Source: Enoplolaimus lenunculus (lineage: Eukaryota). Taken from it: 64,000 bases of DNA. The notes below the pieces were generated by a model. That model was not told the origin of the DNA. It searched no databases and was given only the letters and a program-made list of their open reading frames with translations. Shown here one piece after another: positions 62,072-64,000 of this stretch. The stretch spans positions 248,001 through 312,000 of the forward strand of contig JASANG010003582.1 in NCBI GenBank assembly GCA_030248215.1. The letters are read 5' to 3'. The translations under genes and the position numbers were made by a program. Numbering within the stretch: the first letter of the stretch is position 1; each line of letters begins with the position of its first letter.

Positions 62072-63469
62072 TTAGCGGCTGACTCGTGACACCGATTGTT
62101 GATATGCGTTCACTAGCGTCTCAACTGCACTCGGATCCGCAAGCGTTGACAAATCACCAAAATTTTGAGTTTCACCGGCAGCTATTTTGCGCAATATTCG
62201 TCGCATTATTTTACCCGATCGTGTTTTAGGCAGTGCTGGAGTCACCTAAAATTAAACAATTCATATACTCATTTCGCAAGTCAACTTTTTTGTTAACCAA
62301 CTGAAAAATTTCCTGAAAATATCCTCGATGGAATTCGCAAATAATCCTAAAGTCTGCTCGATAGAATTCGCAAATAATCGAGTATTAACACTAAACACGG
62401 AGCATCCGCAACTTTACTTGGTTGTGCCTTGATCATTTAGCTATTAAAAATCCAAAAGCACTCTCAGCGCCAACACCTAAGACTACGCATGGCGCTGTAA
62501 TCGCCGCGAAGTGCCGCACGCCACCGCGCGTCGCCGTGTATCACGTCGACAAGCAAGCTTAATAAAACCCGAGGTGCAACGCGGCGCCGTCCGTGTTTCT
62601 TCGAGCAACATAGCGCGGCGCTGTGCGACACAAAAAAGTATAGCGCAACCCCCGAACAGCGTTTGCGATTTTAGAAAGCTGGCCCTATCCAGAGCGTCTT
62701 TCACGCTCTGATTCATCGAACGCTTAGGCATGCTTGTCGAACACTAAACAAAATTACGGTCTTTGAACGCTAACCCTGCCAAGCCCGATTTCTTACCAGA
62801 ACGTGGTCAGGCACAGCGTACGCAGCAATTTGATCACGAACTTGTGTTTTCATTTCTTCAACGACAGTATTTTCATCTCGAGGTATGTTTGGTCGAAGTG
62901 AGACAAATGCAAAAACACCTAAAAACACCAAAGAAACCGACAAAAATTGCCAAGCCATTGCAGAATTAGTTGTTTGTTAGTTACAATAAACTAACACCAC
63001 GAGCGTAGACGGCGGTTTAGCGAGGGGTCAACCCGCCTGGCAATTTTTGACCCGGGTTGTTAAGAAATTGTTCAAGTTGTAAACACTAAACCCCCCCTTT
63101 CTAACCTTTAATTGAACCTAACCATCCGTTTTTTGAAATTCTGACTACGTTTATGGATCGAGCACTTGATTTAGTAAACAATTTCAATTGGTTACAAACT
63201 TTACTCTCCCCTTTAACCGAAGGCAGGCTGACAGCACGGGGGTCAACCTGTACTATGATTTTCGTCCGCGCCACAGGGTTTTTAAAAAATGGTTAAAGCT
63301 GGGAACACTTATTCCAAACTTTTTGCAGAACATAACGTTCCTTTTCCAAAATTTGAGCACCTGATTTAGCCAAAAAAAATTCAATTTATGACAAAGTTAA
63401 CTTACTCTCGCCTTTAACCGAATGTGGACATCCGACTACGGCCGATTCAACGATATCGTGATGTTCATC
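62072..63469 (-). CDS. ACSS1: Acetyl-CoA synthetase (AMP-forming), last three exons 63469-63406, 62918-62797, 62245-62072; gene continues beyond the window
   Basis: Spliced peptide [30 protein letters not shown]…[54 protein letters not shown]…*. PKTRSGK is the conserved ACS motif. Canonical GT-AG sites, phases consistent. IAAYAVPD looks ACSS1-like, so the symbol is tentative. Confidence 0.9.
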
Positions 63470-64000
63470 CTACGTAAAAATAACAAAATTGCATGTGACG
63501 ATGTGAAACAATTGATTAGATAATGACTAGGTTTCTAAAATCTAAAACGTATTTAACGTACACTCAAGCATAGGGGGATGTGGGTAACATGTTTTTACCC
63601 GACCCCAGCTTAGACAAATAAGAATTTTATTGACTCGCGGGTTTACTCACGCTAAAAACATCTACACACAACCCATGTTTTACCCGAGCATGTAAAGCTA
63701 GTATTTTAACGATCGCTGGTGATTTGCACTTTATTGAAGTTTTGCGTTATAGCTCCAATGAATTTTACACATGAAAGCTTATTATAAACACCAAAAGTTG
63801 CAATCCAACTAAATATAAAGCACAGAACTTTAGATGTTTTAACCTTTACTAACTAGCTCAGTTGGGGCGCTGGCATTGTAATTGTTGTTGTAATTGGCTA
63901 TAAAAACTGCGTTACTGGTTTTGTGTGTCTCCAAGACTCACAAAACCCAAAATTTATGTAAACTGCCTGAAAATGGGGCTGAAGTAGCCAACCTCCATAA

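Overview
AT-rich, repeat-dense eukaryotic (animal) DNA. Abundant interstitial TTAGGC repeats and TTTCAG/TTTTAG-type acceptors suggest a nematode (inference). Splicing by hand gives three protein genes: a 2-exon rhodopsin-class peptide GPCR (minus, 13104-14954, ~511 aa); a 23-exon F-BAR/C1/RhoGAP gene of the ARHGAP29/ARHGAP45/GMIP (C. elegans SPV-1) family (plus, 30759-55876, ~1048 aa, one GC-AG intron); and the last three exons of an acetyl-CoA synthetase (minus, 62072-63469). A possible terminal exon of an upstream gene lies at 69-205. The rest is MITEs, microsatellites, minisatellites and decayed elements. Most unusual: (1) an intronic array of ~15 hairpins with 34-bp stems next to a tRNA-like head; (2) a decayed CsRN1-like Gypsy element with both a 2A-like NPGP motif upstream of gag and a -1 frameshift site; (3) a TTAA-flanked piggyBac-type MITE family carrying tRNA-like A/B boxes; (4) a GG-ended, 8-bp-TSD (Merlin-like) MITE family dispersing telomeric TTAGGC repeats. 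All coordinates were read by eye; no searches were run.
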